Below, in pieces: positions 30,466 to 41,201 of a stretch of DNA of 44,282 bases. Source of the stretch: a virus. Lineage: Duplodnaviria; Caudoviricetes. The DNA lies in IMG/VR virus record IMGVR_UViG_3300027715_000016, positions 1 through 44,282 of that record. The stretch is one strand, 5' to 3'. Each line of letters begins with the position of its first letter. Positions within the stretch are counted from its first letter, which is position 1. The position numbers and the translations under genes were made by a program. The notes beneath the pieces were generated by a model. The model was not told the origin of the DNA and searched no databases. It saw nothing but the letters and a program-made list of their open reading frames with translations.

Positions 30466-33400
30466 TTATTTTCTTAATGTTGCTCTTGCACTTGCTAAAT
30501 CAGGTAAAGTATCTAATGCATCCAAGAAACTATCAACATCTGTTACATTTGGTAATTCTATATTCTCTATATTTATATTAGTCGTATTATTTGAACCGTT
30601 TGATTTTGTTGCTATTGTAGATTGTGCTACACTAGCTAATAAAGATTCATAAGTCATTCCTGTTAATGCTAAATTAGAGTTGGCTGAAACTCCTGATGTA
30701 AATAATGTTTGCGATGTTGTTCCAATCGAACTAGTTTTATTTACTTCTTTGAGAGCCGCATTGTACTTATTTAACCAATCTGTCGCTGTAGACAGATAGT
30801 TAGAACTATCTATTCCAAATGTTGCTAATTTATCCCTTAACGCTCCAAATGTCTCTATTGCAGTTCTACCAGATTTCTCTATTAGATAATTTTGTTCATC
30901 TAAGAAATTTTGCAATACGTCAATTTTATCTTGGTAGCTCTTTTCAATATCACTAGCTTGTTTTTCTAAGTTGCTTAATTGTTCATCAGTTAAATAGTCT
31001 TGTAAATCTTTTTGTTGAGATTTTAACTCTTCTTGTGCATCTTCTATGGCGCTTTGGTCTGCTTCGTATCACTCTATTACTTTCGGAATTTCTTCCTACT
31101 GACCATATAAAAAAATATGGCGATTAGTCATTTCTGGCTAATTCTGCAATTTTATACTATTGGGTTATAGTTGCAGTTTGGACTGTATATTCATCCTATT
31201 TTAAATAGGAGAGTAACTTCAATATTAATGTTACCATTAACATCCTGCAGTCTCTAAGGATTTTAATACGTTATTTTTTATTATATTTTTTATATTTTTA
31301 AATTCCCAATAAGGAATTTCTATTAATTTTATATTATTTTCTTTACAATATTCTCTTTTTATATCATCTCTTTCTTGTTGAATGTTAAACTTCTCTTCTC
31401 CTCCAAAATATTCTACAGATTCATAATGTTGTACTCCATTATATTCGATACAAATATTGTATTCTGGTAGGTAAAAATCAAAAAATAATTTATTTTTATA
31501 AACACAATCCACAAAATTATATTGTGGTATAAATTTAATATTAAATTTACTTAAAATATCAGCTATTCTTCTTTCTCCTATAGAATAATAGACACAAGAA
31601 CAAGTTCTTCCTGATTGTAAATGATTAGGCGTATCTTTCCATTGATTGCCACATATTTTACATCTACACTCTATTGGAATATTACTTTTTATATACTCAC
31701 CTATAACTTCTACATTTGTAGCTAATCCTTTGTGATTTTTTAAATCTTCAATTGTTACCATTTTATTAGTACAATATTTACATCCTACTTTAGCCTTTTT
31801 TAAATTATATTTTGGAGTATATTGAATTCCCTTTTCTTTATGTTTTTTACAAATAAAACCAATAAAACAATATCCATTTATCGTTTTAGAATCTACATAT
31901 ATTAAATCTAAAATATCACAAATTGGTTTGCATTCTTTTTCTCTATATTCTTTATTTTTATGTTGCCTCTCTTTAATAGCTAATGCTTTACATTTATAAC
32001 AAGTATTTTTACTTTTTGTTATACAAGTATAATTAGTAAATTGTTCGCCATATTCTTCATGAATATTACATATATATTTCATCTTAGAAATTGAATTTAT
32101 GTATTCAGTTTCTAATAAAGTATAATTTTTATTTTCGAAATCTTTTTTTACTTCTTCAAAAGTAAATTTTTTATTATTATTCATATAACCATCCTTTAAC
32201 GTATTAATCTTTCCTATGTCTCTGATACCCCTATCCTTTGACATATATAGTTACTTATTACATAATATATTACTATATTACTGGGCATGTATACTTTTAC
32301 CCAACCTTTGCCAGACCTATATATTTGTACTGTCTTCTGTTTCTTTAAGTTCTCTAAAGCAATTTTAGCTTTCTCTATATTAAGTAATTTCTCATTTAAC
32401 TCAGCTTGTTTATCAACTTCTTCTGTTTGTGCTTTTAATGCTTCTATTTCTTTGTTTAATGCAATTAATCTTGAATCCTTTTTCATTGCATTTTCTAAGT
32501 CAGCTATTTTATTCTCAATTGCATTTAATTGACTTTCTTGGAATTCGCTCATTAACTCGTTAAACTTTTCAAGTTTCTTTTCAGGAAACTCTGCTAGTTG
32601 TTTATAGTAATCTGATATATCTCCAGTTAAATCCCTTATAGAGCTATCTAATCCCATGTTATCTTTGTTTAATGATTGTGTTTGGTCTATTAGTTTCTCT
32701 ATTGCTTTGGCAGTATCACCTGTGAATGCTCCAAGTCTTCCTATGTTGTTTATGTATAGTTCACTTTTCTCTGAGTTATAATCAATTGCAAATCCATAGT
32801 TACGTAATTGGTTTATTGCTTCTTGCGTTTGCCCTACTTGTGCGTTTTTTAATTGTTGTGTTTGATAAATTTGGTCGTTAGTTGCTCTAATTAAAGCATG
32901 TGTTATTTCTTCTTGTTTTTGGAAATTCTCTGTTTTACTCATTTCTGATTTTAGAGCATCTACTTCATCTTTTGCATTATCAACAGCGTTTTCATATTTT
33001 TGCAACCAATCTATTTGTGGTTTATATATCTCTTTTGCTGCCGCCGCAGATGATTTTGAAGCAGAGGTAGAAGGTGTATATGCTTTTGGTGTGTATTTAG
33101 TTGCAACTCCTACTTGAGAACTACCTTTAAATACTGCTGTTGTTTGTAAAGATTTTATCATATCTACTTGTTTTTGTAGATTACCTAGTTTAGCCGCATC
33201 TTCCGCCGCACCTTCTCCAGCATTAGCCGCTGCATTTTTTGCACTTGCTAAAGCCAAATAAGCACCTGCTAAATCAGCTGTTGCACTTCCTTCTGTTGCA
33301 TATTTACTAACTAAATCTTGATTTGCTAATATTATATTTTGTTGGGCTGTTTGTATTTTAGTTTGATTTAATAAATCTTGTGCATTAGCATTTAATATTA

Positions 33401-36400
33401 TTTGACCATTTTCAATAGATAAATAATTTATGTAATCTGAATTTGCAGATATAAGATTTAAAGCTGTATCTAAAGATATTTGACCATTTGCCGCTTGCTC
33501 TGTATAAGCACTATTTAATAAGTCAATTTCATTTTTTATCGCATTTATTACGTTAGCATATTCTGTCCCTGTATTTATTAAATTATCTTCTCCAAGAGAT
33601 ACGTCCGCTAAATGTTGAGCCGTTTCTGTTAATATAGCATTAGCTTCTAATTCCGCTTGAGATTTTTGATTTGTCGCCTCTGTGTTTTCTTGAGTTGCAG
33701 CAGTAGTTTCAGCCACAGCAACCCTATATTGCGAAGCTTGTTCAATTTCTTCTGCTGTTAAAGGTATTCCTTGTTCTCTTCTTGCATCTACATAACTTTG
33801 CCATGCTTCTTTTTGCTCGTTATACCAACCTATATTTGCAGCTACTGCTTCATTAAATTTATTTGCTGTTGCAATATCTTCTTTAGTCGCATTTGTTTTA
33901 GCACCTATAAGTTCTACTTCTTTTTTCCATAAATTTATTCTTTCAGCATCAGAAACTGAAACCTCTTTTTTTTTACCTGTAGCCTCATTTGTTTCTTCAA
34001 CATAACCTACTACGCGTCCTTTTTTTTTCTCTGTCTTGCTTGTATCTATAGCACTTAAAGCAGCACCTGCTTTTGCATTTGCCTCTTCTTTAATTTTTTT
34101 CTTTATAGCTTCTATGTTTTTATTTATTTCGCCAGTTTCATTTGATAATTCTACTTGAGTTCCTTTTAAAGCTGAATTAAGTTCTTTTTGTGCTGTAATT
34201 AACTCTTTCTTTTTATCTGCGTCACTTTTTGTACTATTAGCTATTTCATCGTATTTTGTCTTTGCTTCTTCTAATGCTGTTATATTTTCATCATGTGTTT
34301 TTGTTTCTTCTTTTGCTAAATCTATACCTGCTTGTACAGATGCTTGATAACTATTATAAGCCATTACTAATGCAGATACTGCTATTGTTATCGCTCCTAT
34401 TATAGGAACTGCTGCCGCTGTTAATGCTGCTGTTGTACTTGTTGCTTGTCCTGTTGCTACCATAGTACTAGCATATGTTGCAAGTCCTAATCTTCCTTGA
34501 GTTAAAGCGATGTTAAACGCTTTTACCCCAGTCATCATTCCTTGGAAGCCAGTTATCATTGTTGGTATAAATGATGCTATCTTTGTAGCATTCATCATTA
34601 AGAATACACCCATTAGACTTGTTAATATCGGTGTTAATCCACCTGCCGCATCTGCTATTTTAACAAGAGATGTTGCTATTGATAAGAATCCTTTTACTGT
34701 GTCGCTACTTAGCGTCTTTGTCGCTAATTCTTCCCATGCTGATTGCAATTGAGTAATTTTTCCTTGTGCACTATCCATCCTTTTTGCATTTTCTTCTTCT
34801 GCCGAACCTAAAGAGTTATAAGCAGATTCTGTAGCACCTATAGCACTGGAAAAATTTGACATAATAGCCTGAAATAAAACAAATTGATTTTTCTGAAAGT
34901 TATTTAAAGGTCGTTTACTCCTTTAAAAAGTTGTTTAATATATTAATATAATTTCCATTTCTAAATTCCCAATAAGGAATTCTTAATAATTGTATATTAT
35001 TATCTTTGCAATATTTATTTTTAATTTCATCTCTTATTTGTTGATTTTCTAAATGCGTTTCTTTAGTATGTTTTACTATTTTATAATGATATATTCCATC
35101 TGCTTCTATGCAATAATTCAACTCGGGCAAATAAAAATCAAAAGGTAATGGTCTTTTATCTTTACAATCTTTAAATCTATATTCTGATATATATTTTATA
35201 TTATTATTTATTAAATATTTTTCAACCATTAATTCCAGACTAGATTGAGTTCTTGAACATTTATCACATCTTCTTTTATCATTATATAATAAAGAATGTA
35301 AATCTGTGTAAAACATTTTACCACAACTACATTTAAATTTTAATTTTGATTTTAATCCTTTATATTCTTTAGACATTAATTCTATATTAATATAATTTAT
35401 TTTTAAAAAATGTTTTATATTATCTATTGTAAATTGATTAGACTTATGAAATTTTAATTCTCCATTTACTTTCCCAATATTAACATATGTTATCATTATT
35501 TTATAACCTTCTTTATTTTTAACTGGCAAAAAATCATGACTATGAGAGTAATTATCAAATAATGGTTCTAATCCATTATTTAATAATTTTTGCTTTACGT
35601 CTTCCATTTTATGTTTTTGTAAATTATGTGTTCTTTTTACAGTGCAATCAATACAATTCCAATTATGATTATTTCTAAAATGTGTCCAATCTGCAATATA
35701 TATATTCCCACATTTACATTTAAATTTTAATTTAGTTTTATTATTAATATATTCATCTGATAATAATATACTTTCTATTTTATTTATTTTTATAAAATTA
35801 TATATATTTTGAATAGAATAAGGATTTCTATTGTCAACTATATTAGGTCTAACTCCAGATTTAAAATCCTTTGGGTTTGATAAAAATAAATATCCATCTT
35901 TTTTTATTATATATTTTATTCTTTTGCTTTTATTTGGATATTCATTAATTATATAATATCCTTCTTTTTTATACATATCTATTATTTCTTTTTTTTTCAT
36001 ATAATCTCCTTCTATAAATTAAACAACTTCTCATATTTTCATATGAGCCCAGACCATATATTTTGCGGTACTATCTAATACTACGCAAGAAACCGTTTCG
36101 ATTCAAGGGATTCTCACCCACTCTAAACTTGAGCCCTACTCCTATTGTTATCTCTAACCAAGGGATGGTCGTTGAACTTTGTCCTATTAAGACCTTAGCT
36201 GCTGATTACCCATTATTCCAATACTTAGGTTTTTCAACCATATATTATATTTAATCTTTTTTCTATTTTCATAACATTCACACTTAGGTTTATTTCATCC
36301 TTATGTTGTAGTGATTAAACCTTTAGGGTTTTCCAGCAATTAGATTTCTTCTTTATGCACATTTCGGTACATACTGGCAAAAATGTTTACCAGCTACTTG

Positions 36401-38889
36401 TTCTGCAAGGTTTTGTTGTTGCATGCTAGTTAAACTACCCCAACCCTCTGATAAATCTTTTAAAATATCATATGTTGAACGTAATTCTCCTGTTTGAGAG
36501 TCTAGAACCCCCTGCCCTTTTGTTACAGATTTAACTAAATCTTCAAGTTTAGGAGTTAAACCTGCTAAAGCTTCACCATCTTCTCCTACTCCTCTTATTC
36601 TAGCTCCGTATTGTACTTAAGCCACGAGCAACTCTTCCGAGGTTCTCTTAGGATTTCTGTTCCTGAAGTTATTAAACCGTAATGTCTCTTCAAGCGTTGT
36701 ACCCGTAGAAGCTAGTGAAGCACCCGATTTTTCAAGGGCTGTCGACAGGTCGTTTGTAGAAACCGCATATCCGATTACTTACTTCGTTCAGCGAATCAAC
36801 TACATGACTTACATCTCCTGCTTCTAATTTAAACGCTTTCATAGTTGAAATAAGAGTATTTGCACTACCTTCGGCTGTTGCTCCTGCTTCGCTTATATTT
36901 TTTAACATTATAGCTTCAGCGCCTAAATCTAATGCGTCTTTAGCGGCATAACCTGCTTGGGCAAATAAAGTAGTTGCGTCAATTACATCTTTCTTTTATA
37001 TTTATTAAGGTTCGTTATTTCCTTAATGGAAGTTCGTTTAATAATATTTTTTCAATATTTTTTAATTCAAAATAAGGGATTCTTATTAGTTTTATATTAT
37101 TATTTTTACAATATTCTTCTTTAATATTATCTCTTTCTTGTGTAGATTTAAAAGATTCTTCTCCGCCAAAATGTGTTACAGCTTCATGATGTTGAATTCC
37201 ATCAAATTCAATACAAATATTATATTCTGGTAAATAAAAATCAAAAGGAAGACATCTTTTACTTATACAATCCTTAAATTTATATTGTTGAATAAAATTT
37301 ATATTGTTATTTGTTAAAATTTCAACAATTTTCAATTCTCCTTTAGAAACAAAATTATAACATTTTGAACATTTATAATTACCTGTTCTTATATAATCTA
37401 TACAAGATTTAAAAACATCTCCGCATTCGCACTCAAGAGATATCCAATATTGACCTTTTTCGCTAATTTTATAATCAAATAAATCAATACATTTACTATT
37501 AATATTGTTTAATTTTAAATAATTATTAACATTATAAACATAGTTTTTTTTATTATATTTATACGAAAATATATTTTTTTTTATTGTCTTATATAAATTA
37601 GTATATGATTTAAAAACTCTGTATCCATCCTCTGTTTCGCATTCAAGTAAATCACGATTAGTTTTATAAACTTGTCCATCTAAAACTCTTAGACCCATTT
37701 TTTGATATTCTTTTTTTACAAAATCAAAATCTAATCTTTTTGAACGCTCTAAATTCATACATTCACTACAAAAATATCTTCTTCTGCCTTGAAAATCATC
37801 CCAAGAACTATTATATACTTTACCACATCTACACCTAAAGGCTAATGGTTCCCTAGAATTTTTATATTTCTTACTAACCAATTGAACATTTATATTATTA
37901 TTTATAATAAATTTTTCTATGTTATATAAACTCCATTTGTTACGAGTATAAACTAATTTATTAAATTTTACATTATCTAACTCGTTAACATTAAAATTAT
38001 ATCTATATCCTAATTCACTTTCACAGTCTAATAATTGATGATTATTTTTATATTTTTTTTCTAATAATTTTAAACCCTTTTTTTTGAATCTTCTTTCCAC
38101 CTCTTCTATATTTAAAGGTGAATTACTTTTTCTCATTATTTAAACCTCCCTTATACTTTCACATAAGAATAGACTATATCTTCATCCCCTTAGGGAGTCA
38201 TTCTTTTCCACTCACTTGAGTGTACTCCATTTCTGGATAGTCGTTAGACACATTCCTATTCGGAACTTCGTACCCAATTGCCCATTGTACAAATACTTAG
38301 GTTTTTCAACCATATACCATCTTAAATATTTTTAACGATTTCTCACTTTCGCGCCTATATATATTTCATTATTACGCTGTAGTTATTTAAGCTTTAGGGG
38401 GTTCTGGGATTTAGAATGATTTTTTCCAACACATATTACTATATGTCACGAGCCAAGATTTTATTCTAACCCGTAGCTCCTATTTGAGAGCCAACATTAA
38501 ACGCATCTTCTGAAAATGATTTTAAAGCATCTCCTGATAAATCTGATACTTTAGATAATTCAACCAAAGAACTATCCAGCGCAACAACTTGCGTAACCAT
38601 ATCCGACATAGCAAACATCGCACCGTGAATAACATCACCGAACTATTTGCCATTGAGCGAACTTACCTAGTTGGTCACCAAGATTTTGTACATGTTTAGT
38701 ACTAGTCTTAGCTGCAGTTCCTATTTGCCCTATACTGCTAGAAGCACCTTTGATACCAGCGGTACTAACCTTAGGGTCTATTTTTAAACTTAAATTTTTT
38801 TCTATACTCTTAATCTGTTCTCTGATTTTTAAGTCTGTGTCTTTTTTGTCGAGAGTACCAGTTAAGAGTACTTCAAATTTACTTGCCAT
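30466..38889 (-). CDS. tail tape measure protein (~1405 aa); exons 38889-38469, 36992-36389, 34892-32299 and 31069-30466; C skipped at CGG 38640, 36773, 36679, 36639 and 36608
   Basis: Reconstruction: WQIV(G)DVIHG..LDSSLVELSKVSD..IGATG|KDVIDATTLFAQAGY..DSLNEVSN(G)YAVSTNDL..ETL(G)LITSGTEILREP(G)RVARGLSTI(G)ARIR..LRSTYDIL..QVAG|KNQ..AIMSN..GKGWV|YEADQ. This is a TP901-like TMP core followed by Ala-rich coiled coil; every junction is frame-consistent. Confidence 0.9.
31070..32298 (-). mobile_element. group I intron 3 of the tape measure gene
   Basis: P1 TTGGGT/GCCCAG; P7 GACTG/CAGTC; terminal G at 31070; splicing joins GT|A to give GWV-YEAD. Confidence 0.85.
31237..32184 (-). CDS. intron-encoded endonuclease (DUF559/Vsr-like C-terminus, Cys/His-rich N-terminal repeats)
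   Basis: FDFYLPEYNICIEYNGVQHY..FGG..QERD.IK..YCK.NNI.LI.IPYW; likely ATG at 32184 (ORF track extends to 32244). Confidence 0.85.
   Translation of the reverse strand: MNNNKKFTFEEVKKDFENKNYTLLETEYINSISKMKYICNIHEEYGEQFTNYTCITKSKNTCYKCKALAIKERQHKNKEYREKECKPICDILDLIYVDSKTINGYCFIGFICKKHKEKGIQYTPKYNLKKAKVGCKYCTNKMVTIEDLKNHKGLATNVEVIGEYIKSNIPIECRCKICGNQWKDTPNHLQSGRTCSCVYYSIGERRIADILSKFNIKFIPQYNFVDCVYKNKLFFDFYLPEYNICIEYNGVQHYESVEYFGGEEKFNIQQERDDIKREYCKENNIKLIEIPYWEFKNIKNIIKNNVLKSLETAGC
34893..36388 (-). mobile_element. group I intron 2 of the tape measure gene
   Basis: P1 GCTGGT/GCCAGT; P/Q elements AATTGCTGGAAA and AATCAGCAGC; P7 GACCA/TGGTC; terminal G at 34893; restores VAG|KNQ. Confidence 0.9.
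34915..36000 (-). CDS. intron-encoded endonuclease (DUF559/Vsr-like)
   Basis: 361 aa; CxCG repeats; LPFDFYLP..CIEADG..HY..RD.IK..YC..IPYW. Confidence 0.85.
   Translation of the reverse strand: MKKKEIIDMYKKEGYYIINEYPNKSKRIKYIIKKDGYLFLSNPKDFKSGVRPNIVDNRNPYSIQNIYNFIKINKIESILLSDEYINNKTKLKFKCKCGNIYIADWTHFRNNHNWNCIDCTVKRTHNLQKHKMEDVKQKLLNNGLEPLFDNYSHSHDFLPVKNKEGYKIMITYVNIGKVNGELKFHKSNQFTIDNIKHFLKINYINIELMSKEYKGLKSKLKFKCSCGKMFYTDLHSLLYNDKRRCDKCSRTQSSLELMVEKYLINNNIKYISEYRFKDCKDKRPLPFDFYLPELNYCIEADGIYHYKIVKHTKETHLENQQIRDEIKNKYCKDNNIQLLRIPYWEFRNGNYINILNNFLKE
36993..38468 (-). mobile_element. group I intron 1 of the tape measure gene
   Basis: P1 ACGGGT/GCTCGT; begins with in-frame TAG; P7 GACTA/TAGTC; terminal G at 36993; restores ATG|KDV. 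Confidence 0.9.
37015..38136 (-). CDS. intron-encoded endonuclease (DUF559/Vsr-like)
   Basis: 373 aa; LPFDFYLPEYNICIEFDGIQH..FGG..QERD.IK..YC..IPY. Confidence 0.85.
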   Translation of the reverse strand: MRKSNSPLNIEEVERRFKKKGLKLLEKKYKNNHQLLDCESELGYRYNFNVNELDNVKFNKLVYTRNKWSLYNIEKFIINNNINVQLVSKKYKNSREPLAFRCRCGKVYNSSWDDFQGRRRYFCSECMNLERSKRLDFDFVKKEYQKMGLRVLDGQVYKTNRDLLECETEDGYRVFKSYTNLYKTIKKNIFSYKYNKKNYVYNVNNYLKLNNINSKCIDLFDYKISEKGQYWISLECECGDVFKSCIDYIRTGNYKCSKCYNFVSKGELKIVEILTNNNINFIQQYKFKDCISKRCLPFDFYLPEYNICIEFDGIQHHEAVTHFGGEESFKSTQERDNIKEEYCKNNNIKLIRIPYFELKNIEKILLNELPLRK

Positions 38890-38916
38890 TTTCCAACCTC
38901 CTTTCGATAAGAAAGT

Positions 38917-39438
38917 CTATAAATCTAAATCCCAATTAAGGTTTAGAGTATTTTTGTTAAGTTTCACACCTCTGTTATTATACTCAGTATAAAACCAATT
39001 GCCTATATTAGAGTCAAGTTCCCTAATGAAATTATCCCAATAAAGATTTCTCATTTTAGAACCGACAATCTCTCTTTTGTTAAGCATTTCTGCTAAAGCC
39101 TGTCTATTATCTGAACCAGATTCATCTTTGGTTTTATAACGACCATGTCTAGTAGGATGAGCACTCGAAGGTCTATCCATACTTTCATAATCATAAAACA
39201 AAGTTTTACTAACTCCATTCATTAATTTAACCATTTCTTTAAAAACGAAAGCTTCTCTGAATTGAAAAGTAGGCATACCAGTTCCATCTTCATAACGTTT
39301 ATTAGGTAAAGCACCATACATATCATCCATTATATGTTTCTTTAATAATTTAACAGCTCTAAGAGAAACGGCATTAATAACTTCCTCATTTATCTTGTTA
39401 AATAACTTTTCAAAGTCATCAACTGTAGCTATAGCCAT
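38917..39438 (-). CDS. putative virion morphogenesis protein
   Basis: 173 aa immediately upstream of the tape measure gene; function inferred from position only. Confidence 0.5.
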   Translation of the reverse strand: MAIATVDDFEKLFNKINEEVINAVSLRAVKLLKKHIMDDMYGALPNKRYEDGTGMPTFQFREAFVFKEMVKLMNGVSKTLFYDYESMDRPSSAHPTRHGRYKTKDESGSDNRQALAEMLNKREIVGSKMRNLYWDNFIRELDSNIGNWFYTEYNNRGVKLNKNTLNLNWDLDL

Positions 39439-39448
39439 AATAAATCAC

Positions 39449-40021
39449 CTACTTCTTTTTAGTAGTCTTTTTAACTTCATCTACTTTAACAATTTCACCT
39501 TTTTTAGCTCCAGTAAGAAAATTAGCCAAAGGCATTTTATCAAAAGCAATTCCTTTTAAAAGAATTTGTAGTTTATCAGTATCCATTTCTTTAACCATAG
39601 TTCCAATACTATTAATAACATTAGACATACCATCTTCAGAAGGTACTTTAGAAGCTATCATACCGAAACCGACCTTAGTTTGATACACTGTGTACTCCTT
39701 CAGTATGTTTTCTAAGCACTTAGAATAATTACCTATGTTATTTTCCATAACCTTAATTAAGTCACTTGAAAAGTAATCGTCGGCTGTTAAATCACTAGTA
39801 TCTACATTAGTTAAAAGGTCTAAAACACCTTTAGCGAATCTAATCTCTATATTAGCAATTTTATCAGTTATTTCATTATTAAGTATAATAGTATTCATAA
39901 TATCATTAAGTAACACTTCATAATTTTCAATACTAATATAATTATTCATAGTAATTTTAACTTTATTATATTTTATCTCTTTTGGAGTTATTTTATTTAT
40001 TATTATTTTTATTTTTTCCAT
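39449..40021 (-). CDS. putative tail assembly chaperone/hypothetical protein
   Basis: 190 aa, AGGAG RBS; function inferred from position only. Confidence 0.45.
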   Translation of the reverse strand: MEKIKIIINKITPKEIKYNKVKITMNNYISIENYEVLLNDIMNTIILNNEITDKIANIEIRFAKGVLDLLTNVDTSDLTADDYFSSDLIKVMENNIGNYSKCLENILKEYTVYQTKVGFGMIASKVPSEDGMSNVINSIGTMVKEMDTDKLQILLKGIAFDKMPLANFLTGAKKGEIVKVDEVKKTTKKK

Positions 40022-40040
40022 ATTAATCTCTCCTTTGGGT

Positions 40041-40072
40041 AAAAAATGAAAGAAAGCCGAAGCTCTCTCTCA
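40041..40072 (-). terminator. intrinsic terminator with a cUUCGg tetraloop
   Basis: Minus strand TGAGAGAGAGC-TTCG-GCTTTCTTTCA-TTTTTT. Confidence 0.7.
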
Positions 40073-40160
40073 CTAAGTTAAACCTAAGCCTAACAGTTTA
40101 TAAGTCACATTTACCATGTGATGCTTCAATAAATTACACTATAAGTGTAATAAAACCAAG

Positions 40161-40463
40161 TCATTGGAGGATATTAATCCTCACAACAACATGATTATCT
40201 CTAAAATCCCGCATTTTCTGCATAACAGAGTCATACTCTCTACTTGGATACGGCAAATTGTTTATTATTTTGAAATGACAGTGTTGACAAGCGATAAGTA
40301 CATTGTCTTTTGTAGTACAATGACAATCCCGATAAGGGATAGCATGATGACCAGTAAGTTTTCCCTTTTTGAATTTTTTACCACACAACCAACAAACATG
40401 TCCATGTTCAGCGTAAAGCTCATCTTTAATAGGCTTCATGTTTTTATCATTTCGGCTACTCAT
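40161..40463 (-). CDS. small HNH endonuclease containing two in-frame CGG codons
   Basis: CWLCG..TGHHAIP..DNVLIACQHCH; GGAGG RBS before ATG 40463. Confidence 0.75.
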   Translation of the reverse strand: MSSRNDKNMKPIKDELYAEHGHVCWLCGKKFKKGKLTGHHAIPYRDCHCTTKDNVLIACQHCHFKIINNLPYPSREYDSVMQKMRDFRDNHVVVRINILQ

Positions 40464-40569
40464 TTGTTTTCCCTCCAAAATAATTATTTTAAAGTATGCT
40501 AATAATTATGACCTTAATATTTATACATCAATACAGCATAATCAAGGTATGATTATCTACTTAGAGATT

Positions 40570-41110
40570 TTACGCTTTTTTAAATTCTAATAATATCTCT
40601 TTTGGCGGTATATTTTTTGTTCTTGTTGTATTCCAATTTTGTGCTTGTCTTGTTAACCATCTACAATTATTTGGTTCATAATCTCCACCATTATTTATTC
40701 TATCTATTGTTAAATCATCTTTATATCCATTTTCTATAGCCCAACTATAAAAATTCATAAAATTATCTAACCATTCATCACAAATTTTAATTCCTTTTTC
40801 ACCATAGTTTTTATATCTTGGATTTTTTTTATTATAACATCTTTGCTTCATACCATAAAATATTTTATATAATCTTGTTTTTCTTTTACCATGCTTATAA
40901 GAAGGATTTTTTTCTCCATTTTTCTTATTTAAACAACCACAAGATTTTGTATGACCAGTTCTTAAATGATTTCCTGTTGTAATAACTTCATTGCCGACAT
41001 TCACAAATGCATAACCACATAGCTGCTTTTTTATTAGAATCATATTCTAAATATTTTACAACTTTTAAAAATCCAAATTTTTGTTCCGAAATATCTTTTA
41101 TCCTACCCAT
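40570..41110 (-). CDS. HNH-type endonuclease (~179 aa), C skipped at CGG 40996
   Basis: MGRIKDISEQKFGFLKV..WLCICEC(G)NEV..TKSCGC..GMKQRC..YG.KGI.IC.EW..TIDRINN.GDYEPNNCRW. Confidence 0.88.
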
Positions 41111-41201
41111 AATCTACCTAACTTTCTCATAATAAAAAAATATAAAACAAGTGTATTAGAGGACATTTCAATAAGAGTATAATTCCTTATTTAGTTATAT
41201 A

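Noticed and set aside
32214-32298. C-terminal KVYMPSNIV...GVSET tail of the 882-aa ORF
   Set aside because: Read-through into intron 3; the exon ends at 32299.
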